Shown here one piece after another: positions 10,820 to 22,141 of a stretch of 64,000 nt of DNA. Under the pieces are notes generated by a model, which searched no databases, was not told the DNA's origin, and saw only the letters and a program-made list of their open reading frames with translations. The stretch's first letter is position 1; each line of letters opens with the position of its first letter. Source of the stretch: Salinivirgaceae bacterium (GTDB taxonomy: Bacteria > Bacteroidota > Bacteroidia > Bacteroidales > SZUA-534); NCBI GenBank assembly GCA_024405635.1, contig JAKSOL010000008.1, positions 32,001-96,000 on the forward strand. The letters are read 5' to 3'. A program made the translations under genes and the position numbers.

Positions 10820-11415
10820 TATTTAAACGACAAATTGACTCATTTACACAACTTGCTGTGTGGCAATTAACTGAAACCGCACACGAATTACTATCAACAT
10901 ACAAATACGACTCGTCATTTGTTAATGACATAAAAAACGAAAAACGCAAATGCGAAAAATTGGCTGCCAGAATACTTATTTCTTCAATAATCGATGCCGA
11001 GCCACAAATAACATACGAATTGAGTGGCAAACCCATTTTAAATAACTATAACGGCAACGTAAGTATAACGCATTCAAACAGTTACATTAGTGTAATTATA
11101 TCGACAAAACATGTTGGCATCGACATAGAAACCATTAACGAACGAGCCTCAAAAGTCAGGCACAAGTACCTAACAAACAAAGAGTTAAGTTGGTGCAACG
11201 ACAATTACAAACACACTTTGGTGTGGTCGGCAAAAGAGGCTGCATACAAAATATACGGTGACGACCCCGAATTTGCTCACTACGAAGTTGCCGAACCCAA
11301 ACCTATTGAACAAGGGGCTACATCAATTATGATAAATGGGAAATTGGGCAACAAACAATATATTTGCCATTATGAATTAGTTGGCAACGATATTCTAGTT
11401 TACATTATTGATTGA
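10810..11415 (+). CDS. 4'-phosphopantetheinyl transferase (Sfp-like)
   Basis: GKP, SITHS, VGIDIE, WSAKEA. Confidence 0.9.
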   Translation: MPIVFKRQIDSFTQLAVWQLTETAHELLSTYKYDSSFVNDIKNEKRKCEKLAARILISSIIDAEPQITYELSGKPILNNYNGNVSITHSNSYISVIISTKHVGIDIETINERASKVRHKYLTNKELSWCNDNYKHTLVWSAKEAAYKIYGDDPEFAHYEVAEPKPIEQGATSIMINGKLGNKQYICHYELVGNDILVYIID

Positions 11416-11427
11416 CAATTAAATACA

Positions 11428-12162
11428 ATGTTTTTACAAACACTAACAGAACGAAAAAAGGCAGGCAAAAAAATGTTTGCTTTGCTAATTGACCCCGACA
11501 AACAAAGCTTAAACAAGCTAGCTACTTTGTTTGGTGGATTATCAAACAGCATCATCCCCGATGTGGTTCTTGTTGGTGGCAGTTTGTTGTTCAACAATTG
11601 CGATAAAACCATTGAAACAATAAAAGCAAACTGCAATGCGCCTGTGTTTTTGTTTCCAGGCAATGCATCTCAAATAAGCACCAAAGCCGACGGCATTCTT
11701 CTTCTATCGCTCATCTCTGGAAGAAATGCAGAATTCCTTATCGGTCAGCATGTTAATGCCGCACCAATACTAGCAAAATCAGAGTTGGAGGTTTTACCTG
11801 TAGGATATATGCTTATTGGCGAAGAAAACTATAGTTCGGTGAGATACATGAGCAACACAATGCCTATTCCGCAGAGCAAAACCGACATTGCCATTGCCAC
11901 TGCATTGGCTGGACAAATGCTTGGACTTAAAGCCATTTACCTTGAAGCGGGTAGCGGAGCAAAAACTCCTGTACCTACCGAAATGATAAAAGCCGTTAGC
12001 GAAAACATTGATATTCCACTTATTGTTGGTGGTGGATTAAGAACAATTGAAGACGTTGAAACAGCACTTAATGCAGGAGCCGATATGGTTGTTGTTGGAA
12101 ATTCTATTGAAAAAAATCCACAATTGGCACACTCAATATGCTCAACTATTAAAAACTATTAG
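11428..12162 (+). CDS. Geranylgeranylglyceryl/heptaprenylglyceryl phosphate synthase (PcrB family, group II)
   Basis: LLIDPDK, VGGS, FPG, SLISGRN, YLEAGSGA, VGGG. Confidence 0.9.
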   Translation: MFLQTLTERKKAGKKMFALLIDPDKQSLNKLATLFGGLSNSIIPDVVLVGGSLLFNNCDKTIETIKANCNAPVFLFPGNASQISTKADGILLLSLISGRNAEFLIGQHVNAAPILAKSELEVLPVGYMLIGEENYSSVRYMSNTMPIPQSKTDIAIATALAGQMLGLKAIYLEAGSGAKTPVPTEMIKAVSENIDIPLIVGGGLRTIEDVETALNAGADMVVVGNSIEKNPQLAHSICSTIKNY

Positions 12163-13334
12163 TCGGCACGCTGTGCCCTCTCCCATTTTACTGATTGAGT
12201 ACCCCTAAAATATCGGAACGCACCAAGCCACATAGCTTTGTTAGCTAAATAAAAATAATATGGTATGTGTATTAATGGGTTAGCATTTCTTTGGTTACGA
12301 AAAATACTACCTATAAATGCTAGCACATAAAACAATAATTGTAGTGCAAACAATACAATAAAAATATTGCCGTAACCAACTAACAATGCATTAGTTACAA
12401 ACAAAATTGGCAAACATAGTGGCACAATTATCCAGCGGAAAATTTTGTGCGACACGTATTGAAAGGTTAACATTGGATGCTTAAAAAAGTTAAGCAACGC
12501 TGTAAGCCGCACCATCGATTGAATGCTTCCGGCGGCAATGCGCACCTTACGTTTCATTTCCTCCTCAACGTTAACCGATGGTTTTTCAATTGCGCAAGCC
12601 TTTGATGAGTAAGCAATTGAGTAACCCAAAAGAGCTATTCGCAACGATATTTCAAAATCATCGAGAATGGTATCATCAGCAACTGGCACAAAAAGGCTTT
12701 TTCTGAAGGCAAAAAGTTCGCCAGCAGCACCAATTGTTGAACCAACGCAAGCATCGTTTTGCTTTATCCACGATTCGTAGCGCCAATAAGCACTTTCGCC
12801 CAACGACGCTGCATTTCCTTCCTCAATTTGCAAAACACGCTTTTCGCCTGCCACACAGCCAACGCTTTTGTTTTGCATCAACCGCACAATCTCCATAACA
12901 CTATCTTGTGTTAACAACGTATTTGCATCTGAAAAGATAACTATATCAGTATCAACATATTGCAGCCCTCGTTTCATAGCATTAACCTTGCCTGCCCTTT
13001 CTGGTTGAAAAAGGACAACCACATTACTATAATTTGAAAGCAAAGCATTGGTATTGTCAGATGAACCATCGGTTACCCAAACTTGATGAAGTTTTTCTGC
13101 CGGATAATTCAACGACAGGGAATTTTGCACTTTAGCATCAACGCTCTTTTCTTCGTTATACGCAGTAACAAAAAGCGTAACATGAGGCAATTCTGCAATT
13201 GGTAAAACTTGGTGTTTACGATTTTTTACAACTAAGGCAATTAATGCTATTAGCAATGGATAAAGCAGATATGCATAAACCACACAAAAGACTGATACCC
13301 AAAAGATTATCTTCAAAAACAAATCTACACCCAT
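12159..13334 (-). CDS. Glycosyltransferase family 2, membrane-anchored
   Basis: AYNEE, DGSSD, FSDAN, GELFA, LDDF, RKVRI motifs; TM segments. Confidence 0.88.
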   Translation of the reverse strand: MGVDLFLKIIFWVSVFCVVYAYLLYPLLIALIALVVKNRKHQVLPIAELPHVTLFVTAYNEEKSVDAKVQNSLSLNYPAEKLHQVWVTDGSSDNTNALLSNYSNVVVLFQPERAGKVNAMKRGLQYVDTDIVIFSDANTLLTQDSVMEIVRLMQNKSVGCVAGEKRVLQIEEGNAASLGESAYWRYESWIKQNDACVGSTIGAAGELFAFRKSLFVPVADDTILDDFEISLRIALLGYSIAYSSKACAIEKPSVNVEEEMKRKVRIAAGSIQSMVRLTALLNFFKHPMLTFQYVSHKIFRWIIVPLCLPILFVTNALLVGYGNIFIVLFALQLLFYVLAFIGSIFRNQRNANPLIHIPYYFYLANKAMWLGAFRYFRGTQSVKWERAQRAD

Positions 13335-14551
13335 TGTTGGTAAAATTTATTGAGTTCAGCAATTATGTTACTATTACAATAATGGTTGAGCGCAAACGAA
13401 TAAGCCTCCGATGCCATTTTACCAACACATTTATTATCAGCAACTATTGCATTCATCTGGCTCAACATATCATCGGCGGTTTTGCAAATAAAAAGATGCT
13501 TACCGTTTTCTGCCTTAATGCCTTCAGCTCCAATTGGTGTGGTAATTACGCATTTACTACGTGACATTGCCTCAACAATTTTTATACGCATACCACTGCC
13601 CGACAAAAGTGGCACAACCATCACATTTTGCTCATCGACAAATTGTTGGGCATCTTTAACCTCGCCCTGGTAATCAACATCAAACAACTTAAGTTGATTT
13701 TCGAAATCAGTAGGAGCATTACGCCCCGCTATAACAAATGTCCATTTTGGGTTTTGCAACTTAAACTTTTGCCATACGTTTTGTAAAAACCACAAAATGG
13801 CTTGCTGGTTAGGTTCCCAATCGAGCGCACCAATGTAGAAGAACGATTGCAAATTTTGCGGTTGCCTTGGTAAACTAAAATTTCTTTGCACTATACCAGT
13901 TGGCGAAACATGAACTTTTTCCTTGTTTGCAAATGGTAATTTTATGGCATCGGTTTCGGTTATTGGCACCAACAAATCAACGTTTTGTAACGTTTTAAAT
14001 TCCAAACGTTTAACACGATTTGCTAGTACTTTTTTATATAGTTTCTTTATTTTATTTGGTTCAGACAAATATAGCTGATGCCAAATTTGCCACTCAACAT
14101 TGTGAGCCCTTAAAGCAATTAATGCCAACGAATGCCGACGTATAGTATCAATATAACTAGAAAGATACAAGCCCTCAAGTTGAACAATATCGTATTGCTT
14201 GTGCTTAAGTTTTGCAACCAAGGCATTGTCAAATTCATGAGAATAGAACCTAACTGCATTGTATGGCTCGCGCGAGAATAACAGATTGGCAACCAACCTT
14301 ATTGGCTTTATATCGGTATTAACGGCAACCCCACTCCATTGTATGTTTGAAGTAAGATGTTGCGGTAATTGATTGATTTGGAAATGATGCTTTGGAGTCT
14401 GCATTGCCAACACATCAACATTATTACCTGCATCAGAAAGACCGGTAAGCATATTAAGCATAGCAATTGAGCCTCCATCGGTTGGTGGAAATGGCATTTT
14501 ATTGCATAATACAAGGATACGCAACGATCTGTTATTTAACAGGTTGGGCAT
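13325..14551 (-). CDS. Glycosyltransferase family 4
   Basis: PFPPTDGG, HNVE, GSGMRIKIVEAM. Confidence 0.88.
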   Translation of the reverse strand: MPNLLNNRSLRILVLCNKMPFPPTDGGSIAMLNMLTGLSDAGNNVDVLAMQTPKHHFQINQLPQHLTSNIQWSGVAVNTDIKPIRLVANLLFSREPYNAVRFYSHEFDNALVAKLKHKQYDIVQLEGLYLSSYIDTIRRHSLALIALRAHNVEWQIWHQLYLSEPNKIKKLYKKVLANRVKRLEFKTLQNVDLLVPITETDAIKLPFANKEKVHVSPTGIVQRNFSLPRQPQNLQSFFYIGALDWEPNQQAILWFLQNVWQKFKLQNPKWTFVIAGRNAPTDFENQLKLFDVDYQGEVKDAQQFVDEQNVMVVPLLSGSGMRIKIVEAMSRSKCVITTPIGAEGIKAENGKHLFICKTADDMLSQMNAIVADNKCVGKMASEAYSFALNHYCNSNIIAELNKFYQQWV

Positions 14552-16070
14552 TTTCTTTTTTCTTTTTCAATTTCGATTCAACATAATCGAAAGGAATAAG
14601 CAATTTGCACCAAATGGGCGATGCCTCCATTTTTCGGCGCAATTTTTGAAAGAAAATGTAATATGTGCTTTTTTCAAGAATTGCTGCATCGCGAATTGCC
14701 TTATAAGTTAGGAAAACTCCAAGCGGAGTAAGCACCACAGTAGATAGCCACATGCCCATTGCAGCAGGCCACGCACCTGTTTTGGCAGCTTTTTCACCAC
14801 TAATATTTATCACGTAATAAAGCACAAAGAACAGCACTGCAATAACAATTGGAGTTCCTATACCGCCTTTACGAATAATGGCACCAAGAGGCGCGCCGAT
14901 AAAAAACAGCAACAAACACGCAATTGAGAGAGTGAATTTGCGGTGCCACTCAATCTCGTATCGTTTAATTGTTTTCACTTGGCGTTTTAAGTCACTTCCA
15001 AGATTTGTGATATACGATTTTGCCTCACGCGCATGCTCAAATGCATAACTTACTACCATTGCGCGCTCGGAGTTATTCATGTGTTTATATACAGAGTCGA
15101 AGTTAAATGCAACATTAACTGGAACTGTATCAACCGAATACCATGCAGTGTCCTTTTGACGATAAACCTTTCGAAACACATTTTCATTTGTGTACTTTGT
15201 TACAAATTCAGTTTTGTGGTTTTGCAGTTTGCCGTTAAGCGAATCGGTTGTATGTCCAAGTTGATTTAAATTGAGCATACCATAATGGTTTTTGAAAAGA
15301 GACTCGTCAGACCTTTCGAAACCAAGTCCCGATAGGTCGATTTGGAAACGTTGCTCGTCAAAATGCACTATTCGCTGAGGGAATTCGCGGCTATTCCACG
15401 ACTTATGTTTTTCAACCTCATCAACATATTGAATTCCATTATAAAGGATAAGCACCAAAAAGTGTTTATCGTCGGTCATAAGCATAGTGCCTGAATCGGC
15501 AACTGTTACATCGCGGTTACCATTTTCTTGTGTATGATTGTAAATCATTATGTTATAGAGCATTGGCGATGTACGGCTTTTGTGTGCCACTTTAATTGTA
15601 TATCCTTCAATGGCATCAGAAAAAACGCCTTCTTTAATAACCGCTTCAGGTTTTTGATGCTTTACATCCCACAAAAGTGTACTCATTTTGAGGTTTGTGT
15701 AAGGCATCACATTGTTTGAGAAGAAAAATGCACCAGCACTTAACAACATAACAAAAATTATCAGTGGGCGCATTATCTGAATAAGTGATATTCCTGCCGA
15801 TTTTATTGCAACTAGTTCGTTGTGTTCGGCAAGATTTCCAAATGTCATAATGGAACTTAGCAACACTGCCAAGGGCAAAGCCATGGGCACTAAACTACAA
15901 CAAGCATACATTAATAGTTCAGCTATCACGCTGAATTCAAGTCCTTTACCCACAAGTTCGTCGATGTAACGCCAAAGGAATTGCATCAACAAGATGAACA
16001 TTGAAATGAAAAAAGTGAGAACAAACGGACCTATGTACGATGATAATATAAAGCGATATAGTTTTTTCAC
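14532..16070 (-). CDS. LptF/LptG family LPS export permease
   Basis: PLAVLLSSIMTFG, ELVAIKSAGIS, GAPLG. Confidence 0.9.
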   Translation of the reverse strand: MKKLYRFILSSYIGPFVLTFFISMFILLMQFLWRYIDELVGKGLEFSVIAELLMYACCSLVPMALPLAVLLSSIMTFGNLAEHNELVAIKSAGISLIQIMRPLIIFVMLLSAGAFFFSNNVMPYTNLKMSTLLWDVKHQKPEAVIKEGVFSDAIEGYTIKVAHKSRTSPMLYNIMIYNHTQENGNRDVTVADSGTMLMTDDKHFLVLILYNGIQYVDEVEKHKSWNSREFPQRIVHFDEQRFQIDLSGLGFERSDESLFKNHYGMLNLNQLGHTTDSLNGKLQNHKTEFVTKYTNENVFRKVYRQKDTAWYSVDTVPVNVAFNFDSVYKHMNNSERAMVVSYAFEHAREAKSYITNLGSDLKRQVKTIKRYEIEWHRKFTLSIACLLLFFIGAPLGAIIRKGGIGTPIVIAVLFFVLYYVINISGEKAAKTGAWPAAMGMWLSTVVLTPLGVFLTYKAIRDAAILEKSTYYIFFQKLRRKMEASPIWCKLLIPFDYVESKLKKKKENAQPVK

Positions 16071-16124
16071 AACAAGCGATTTTAACCTAACATGGGTGGC
16101 AAAAATACACTTTTAATAGAGCAT

Positions 16125-16505
16125 TTATGCACCTAACAAACGTTTAAGGTCCAAAATCTGTTCGTTCCACAAATCGGTTATTTCGTCCTCTTCGCCTTCT
16201 TCAACAAATTCGGTAATGGTTAGCGACAAATCGCCAGTAAGTTCTTGTGTGTTAAGGCTAAATTCAAGCGAACTACAATCTTCATCCTCGTCGAGCCAAT
16301 TAAACCCTACGTATTTCAAGTCGCGAACTTGAACTAGCTCTGCACTGCGTTGCTCACCTGGCCATGTAAAAGTGAAAACATTATTACAGTCATCAACCTT
16401 ATCAGCAAACCACTCGCTTAATCCTATTGCAGTTGAAAGGCGCGGAAAAAGAATTTTTGGAGTGGTGTTAATGTGATACTCTATGCTTATCTGCTTTTTT
16501 GCCAT
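16125..16505 (-). CDS. START-like (SRPBCC) domain protein
   Basis: GLSEWFADKV...FTFTW; typical neighbour of lptF in Bacteroidota; start reset to MAKKQ. Confidence 0.8.
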   Translation of the reverse strand: MAKKQISIEYHINTTPKILFPRLSTAIGLSEWFADKVDDCNNVFTFTWPGEQRSAELVQVRDLKYVGFNWLDEDEDCSSLEFSLNTQELTGDLSLTITEFVEEGEEDEITDLWNEQILDLKRLLGA

Positions 16506-16710
16506 TACTACTTTATAATTATGATTAATATTTGGTTTGCGCAATATATTGTGAGTCAACAAAAAAAACTATCAATGTTAATATCTATTGAAAAAGTTGT
16601 GACATGAGAAAAACATAGATATAACGACCATAAGCATCCGAAAAACAAAACCAGCAATACCACAAAAGGCAAATAAGACTACCTTTGCGGCCCAAAAAAG
16701 CGAACTGAGT

Positions 16711-17604
16711 ATGTGGTTATTATTTGCTCTTTTATCGAGCATTTTGCTAGGTGGATACGACATTCTGAAAAAATCGTCGTTAAAAGGAAACAGTTACATT
16801 CCCGTACTATTTGTGGCAACTGCCAGCGGGGCAATTTTGTTTTTTTTAGTGCTGATGCTATCGCGGTGCAATATTGTTAAAATGGATAGCCTTTTCTACG
16901 TTCCACAAATAAGTTTAACCGAGCATCTTTGGTACATACTTAAAGCCATTTTGGTTGGCAGTTCGTGGATTTTTGCATACAACGCACTTAGCAAACTCCC
17001 CATAACCATTGTTGCGCCAATACGCTCAACAGGCCCAGTTTGGACTCTTTTGGGAGCATTTTGTATTTATGGCGAACGATTTAACAATGTTCAATGGATT
17101 GCGTTTTTGATTGTTATTTTTTCGTCGTACCTATTTGCCCGCGCTGGAAAAAACGAAGGAATTAACTTTAAATACAACCATGCAATATGGGCCATATTTG
17201 CAGCAACCTTGCTTGGTAGCATGTCGTCGTTAGTTGACAAATATCTGCTATCGCAATACGACCGAATGGCGGTTCAAACATGGTACTCAATGTATATGGG
17301 AGTGTTTATGCTTATTCCACTATCGTTTTGGTGGCCAAAGCGCAACATTACCCCAACCTTTGTTTGGAAATGGACAATTCCAATGATTGGCATTTGCCTA
17401 TCGGTGGCCGACTTTATGTATTTCTACGCACTAAGCCGCCCCGAAGCCTTACTTGGTGTAGTATCGGTTATAAGACGAAGTAGCGTTGTCATTGCATTTA
17501 CACTTGGTGCCATTTTGTTCAAAGAGCACAACCTAAAAGCCAAAGGCATTGCTTTGCTCGGTATAATAATAGGCGTAACACTATTGGTAATTGGCTCGCA
17601 CTAA
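16711..17604 (+). CDS. EamA/DMT family transporter
   Basis: Two EamA repeats, about 10 TM segments; TACCTTTG promoter box at 16680. Confidence 0.85.
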   Translation: MWLLFALLSSILLGGYDILKKSSLKGNSYIPVLFVATASGAILFFLVLMLSRCNIVKMDSLFYVPQISLTEHLWYILKAILVGSSWIFAYNALSKLPITIVAPIRSTGPVWTLLGAFCIYGERFNNVQWIAFLIVIFSSYLFARAGKNEGINFKYNHAIWAIFAATLLGSMSSLVDKYLLSQYDRMAVQTWYSMYMGVFMLIPLSFWWPKRNITPTFVWKWTIPMIGICLSVADFMYFYALSRPEALLGVVSVIRRSSVVIAFTLGAILFKEHNLKAKGIALLGIIIGVTLLVIGSH

Positions 17605-17736
17605 ACGCATTACATCAAATTAAGGTGCATTTAATTTTAACCTCGCGATGTTAATTAAATGTAAGCTCAGCCCGATGCTCAATGAGACATAAAAGGAATA
17701 AATGATTATTTTTGCACCCGATTTTTGAGTAAACTA

Positions 17737-18384
17737 ATGGCAAACAAAATTCTTTCAGTTCTTTTTGCAATAGCATTGCTATTACCAGCCTTGAATTGTA
17801 GCGCTGGCGATACCGACAAAGATTGGGAACTGGTAGGACAAGACAGCGACATTAAAGTATTTGAACGCTGGGTTAATCTTGACAAAAACCAAAAAGCACG
17901 CGAACGTTCGGGACGAATGGTGCTAAACTGCACACCAGAACAACTGCTATCGGTTTTAAGCGACGAGAACAAAACCGACCTTTGGATGAGTTACGTAAAA
18001 GAATGCCACATTATTAAACGCGACAACGACGATTTATGGTCGGTTTACACATTGCTTGATGCCCCTTACCCTGTTGGAAAGCAAGACTTAGTAACACAAT
18101 ACAAAGTAACTCGCAACGGCAACAACATTACCCTTGCCATTGATCAACAAAACACACTTGTTCCGCGCAAAAAAGACATTGAACGACTCGACTCATTTAA
18201 CGCATTGTGGGAAATTAGACAAGTTGGCGAACATACTTGCAGCGTGGTGTTTACTACACAATCAACCCAACCAAACAAATACCCTAACTGGTTGCAAGAT
18301 CCGCTTGTGCGTAAGGTCTTTTTGCAAAACATGAAAAAGTTACGCCGCCACACATCGCAACAATTCGGTGTTAAAAATCTTTAG
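17737..18384 (+). CDS. Secreted START-domain lipid-binding protein
   Basis: Signal peptide; WELV...IKVF, W..YVK, PYPVGKQD pattern. Confidence 0.65.
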   Translation: MANKILSVLFAIALLLPALNCSAGDTDKDWELVGQDSDIKVFERWVNLDKNQKARERSGRMVLNCTPEQLLSVLSDENKTDLWMSYVKECHIIKRDNDDLWSVYTLLDAPYPVGKQDLVTQYKVTRNGNNITLAIDQQNTLVPRKKDIERLDSFNALWEIRQVGEHTCSVVFTTQSTQPNKYPNWLQDPLVRKVFLQNMKKLRRHTSQQFGVKNL

Positions 18385-18586
18385 CCCTATCCAAAACTGC
18401 ACTTAAAACAACGATAGTTGTAGGGCTATCACTCATGTCAACAATGCACTTTTGTTGTTTGTGGCATCAACAAAGATTTTTGTTACCATAGCAAAGAAAC
18501 AAAAGTCTGTTTTTGCACAACAATACACCACCATTAGTTACATTTGCGAATTATGACTAATGCACAAACCGCATAATTATTTCTAT

Positions 18587-21500
18587 ATGAATATTAAACT
18601 ATTTGCACTATCAATCTTCAGCGTTGCCACACTCAACTTAAACGCACAAGTGGTAATTAACGAGTACTGCACATTGACAAACAAAATGTTTGATGACAAT
18701 GGCGAAAACTCTGATTGGATTGAACTTTACAATACGGGAAACAACGAAGTTGATTTAACCGGTTGGGCCTTATCAGACGACGAAAATAACCTTGGAAAAT
18801 GGGCATTTCCGACCGTAAAAATGCCAGCCAAAGGATATTTGCTTATTTATGCCGATGGAATTGATTGCAAAGAATACAGCGAAGGCGGTTTGTTTCCTCT
18901 TGTTACTAAAGGCGACATTTTTCGATACAAAATAGGCAACGCTGAAGATCAAGACGTGTGGCTCAATGCCGATTTTGACGATTCGCAATGGGCCGAAGGC
19001 GAAAGTGGATTTGGTTTTGGGAACAATGTTTCTTATCCAACTACTATTGAAAATGGCATAATGTCGGTTTATCTGCGCAAAAAATTCACAATCGACAACG
19101 TTAATGGAATAAACCGTTTGGTTTTTAGCGCCGACTACGACGATGGCTTTGTGGCCTACATAAATGGAAAAGAAATAGCTCGCGAAAACCTTGGCGACGC
19201 TGGCAGCAAAGTTACATTTGACCAAGCAACACCTAATTACGTTAATCCAAACGGAACAACCGCCACCAACTATTCAGTTTCAAACTGGGCCGACGTGCTA
19301 GTTAATGGCGAAAACATTTTGCAAATTGAAGTACACAATTGTAGCACAACGTCAAGCGACTTGTGCATGATTCCTTTCCTCACAGCAGGTTCTTCGTCAA
19401 TACAACCTCAACCGCTCGACAATATGGTTGTGCTAAAATCGGGAACTCGCTACATGCACACAAACTTCAGCCTATCAGCTGATGGTGAATGTATTTTCCT
19501 TTCAGACAACACAGGCAAAATAGTTCACTCTGTTGACACCACTACGGTACCAAACAACATTTCGCGAGGCTTGTCGGCTAACGGAAAAGAACCTTTCTTG
19601 TTTTTTTCATTACCAACACCAGGCTACGCAAATGGTAAGGGATACGAAACAACCGAAACTTGCACTGTGAAATTCACTCCACAAGGAGGAACTTTCAGCC
19701 CTAGCACAAAAGTAACACTTGAAAGTTCAGACAACGGACCTATTTACTACACAACCGATGGATCAGTACCAACTGAGAGTAGCAAAAAATACACTGAACC
19801 TATTTCTGTTACAAAATCAACTGTAATACGCGCCATTACATTTAGCGATAGTAAAATGTCGGGCGAGCCAACCACTCAAACCTACGTTAAACTTGGGCGC
19901 AAACAAACACTCCCAATAATTGCATTCACCACCGACCCTGTAAATCTTTACGACGAAGAATATGGCATTTGGGCCGACGGACCAAACTATGTTGCTGGAG
20001 TTGACCCACCATACAACCAAGCAAACTATTGGAACGACTGGGAACGCCCCATTAACGTTGAATACATGACAGCCGATAGCGGCAAGGTTTATGAAACTGC
20101 AGCTGGACTAAAAGCCTTTGGCGGTTGGAGCCGCTCACATAGAATAAAACCAATGGCTATACACGCACGCAAAGCGTATGGTTCAAAAAAACTGAAATAC
20201 AAATTCTTTGACGAACGATACGCAAAATCGCACAAATCAGTTGTTATGCGTGCTTCAGCTAACGACCTGGAATACACCTACATACGCGATGCCATGATGA
20301 CGCATTTGATGCAAAACACCGACATGGACTATCAGGCTTACCAACCAATGATAGTGTTCCTTAATGGTGAATACCACGGCATTATGAACATGCGCGAAAA
20401 AGTGAGTGAGCACTACATTGAAAACCTACACGGAATTGATGCCGACAATGTTGACTTGATTGAGGGAGATGGAAGTCTTAAATCGGGAACGCTTGACAAT
20501 TTCAACGATTTTAAAAGCTACCTAAACTCAAATAGCACCATAACCGACGAAAAATACGAATACCTTAAAACCCAAATGGACGTTGAAGAGTTTATGGACT
20601 ACATTATACTTGAAGTGTACGTTCACAACACCGACTGGCCACAAAACAACGTAAAAATTTGGCGCTCGCAAGACGAAGACAGCCGCTGGCGTTGGATACT
20701 ATACGACACCGACTTTGGTTTTGGACTATACGACCAAGGCAAAGTGAACCAAAACTCGCTTGCTCGACTACTTGGCCGCGGCGACCTTGGCAATAGTTGG
20801 GCTAACCTTGTATTTCGCCGTTTAGTTACAAACAAAAACTTTGTGCGCGACTTTGCTAACCGCTTCTGCGACCGACTTAACCGCGAGTTCCTGCCTTCTG
20901 AAGTTAATTACCTAATTGACAGTTTGGCTGGTAATATTAAATTTGAAATGAAATATCACCGCGACCACTGGAATTATTGGAGCAATTGGGACAACGAGTT
21001 GAATAACCTAAAACAATTTGCCGAAAAACGCCCCACCATTGCTCGCAAATTTGTGCGCGACGAATGGAACCTAGGCAGCATTATAAAAGTTAACATTGAC
21101 ACCGAAGGCAAAGGCGATGTGCAAATAAACACACTCAAACTAAAAGAATACCCTTGGACTGGATTGTATTTCTCTCAAAACGAAATAACCATAACAGCAA
21201 TACCTCAACCTGGTTACAAATTCTCTCATTGGAGCGGTTGGGCTGGACTCGACACTATAACCGCCCCTCAACTAAAAGTTCTTGTGCCTAACAACCAAAC
21301 ATTCCGCGCACACTTTGTTCGCGACGAAAAAGACTACAATAGCGTTGTTATTAACGAGATAAACTACAAATCGAGCGACGATTTTGATGCAAAAGATTGG
21401 ATTGAACTACACAACACAACCAACGCTACCATTGATCTTTCACGCTGGACATTAACCGACAATTCAATGGATGAAGCTTATACAATTCCTGCCAACACCC

Positions 21501-22141
21501 GCATCGAAGCAAAAGGTTATTTAGTTATTTGTTCAAACATTGAAAAGTTCAAAAAACTATATCCCGATGTTAAAAACGTGATTGGCAACTTTGAATTTGG
21601 GTTAGGTACAACCGACGACGTTCGCTTGTTTGACCACAAAATGACTCTTATTGATAGCGTTAGTTACGACAGCGAATCGCCATGGACAAGCGACGCAAAA
21701 GGCACAGGCTACACACTATCGCTATCGGACCCATATCAAAACAACGAGAATGCTTACCTATGGGAAGCTAACGAAATGCATGGCACACCAGGCAAACAAA
21801 ACGGCAACTATAGCACTAACCACATTGACGACGAAAATGAGCAACTTGTTTACTCATCAATGAACCAACAAAAACAACAGCCTGCTATTGCTGCTTGCAC
21901 TCCTAACCCATTTGCAAACTCGGCAACCATATTTTGGGAGCAACAAGCAGATGCTAACACCCGCATTGAACTACTTGATGCTCAAGGTCGTATAATTGAA
22001 GTTTTAGCAAACCGCTTCTTTGAATCTGGACATCACGAAGTGAACGTTGACAACGCAGAATCGCTTACTCCTGGTGTTTACATTGTGCGAGTTGCTGTTG
22101 AAAATCGCCCTGTTACTATCATAAAACTTGTGAAAGAATAA
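18587..22141 (+). CDS. CotH kinase family protein with lamin-tail domains and T9SS C-terminal sorting domain
   Basis: VVINE...DWIELYN twice, IYYTTDGSVP, WERP, NTDWPQNN, YDTDFG, PNPF...PGVYIVRV...KLVK. Confidence 0.88.
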   Translation: MNIKLFALSIFSVATLNLNAQVVINEYCTLTNKMFDDNGENSDWIELYNTGNNEVDLTGWALSDDENNLGKWAFPTVKMPAKGYLLIYADGIDCKEYSEGGLFPLVTKGDIFRYKIGNAEDQDVWLNADFDDSQWAEGESGFGFGNNVSYPTTIENGIMSVYLRKKFTIDNVNGINRLVFSADYDDGFVAYINGKEIARENLGDAGSKVTFDQATPNYVNPNGTTATNYSVSNWADVLVNGENILQIEVHNCSTTSSDLCMIPFLTAGSSSIQPQPLDNMVVLKSGTRYMHTNFSLSADGECIFLSDNTGKIVHSVDTTTVPNNISRGLSANGKEPFLFFSLPTPGYANGKGYETTETCTVKFTPQGGTFSPSTKVTLESSDNGPIYYTTDGSVPTESSKKYTEPISVTKSTVIRAITFSDSKMSGEPTTQTYVKLGRKQTLPIIAFTTDPVNLYDEEYGIWADGPNYVAGVDPPYNQANYWNDWERPINVEYMTADSGKVYETAAGLKAFGGWSRSHRIKPMAIHARKAYGSKKLKYKFFDERYAKSHKSVVMRASANDLEYTYIRDAMMTHLMQNTDMDYQAYQPMIVFLNGEYHGIMNMREKVSEHYIENLHGIDADNVDLIEGDGSLKSGTLDNFNDFKSYLNSNSTITDEKYEYLKTQMDVEEFMDYIILEVYVHNTDWPQNNVKIWRSQDEDSRWRWILYDTDFGFGLYDQGKVNQNSLARLLGRGDLGNSWANLVFRRLVTNKNFVRDFANRFCDRLNREFLPSEVNYLIDSLAGNIKFEMKYHRDHWNYWSNWDNELNNLKQFAEKRPTIARKFVRDEWNLGSIIKVNIDTEGKGDVQINTLKLKEYPWTGLYFSQNEITITAIPQPGYKFSHWSGWAGLDTITAPQLKVLVPNNQTFRAHFVRDEKDYNSVVINEINYKSSDDFDAKDWIELHNTTNATIDLSRWTLTDNSMDEAYTIPANTRIEAKGYLVICSNIEKFKKLYPDVKNVIGNFEFGLGTTDDVRLFDHKMTLIDSVSYDSESPWTSDAKGTGYTLSLSDPYQNNENAYLWEANEMHGTPGKQNGNYSTNHIDDENEQLVYSSMNQQKQQPAIAACTPNPFANSATIFWEQQADANTRIELLDAQGRIIEVLANRFFESGHHEVNVDNAESLTPGVYIVRVAVENRPVTIIKLVKE

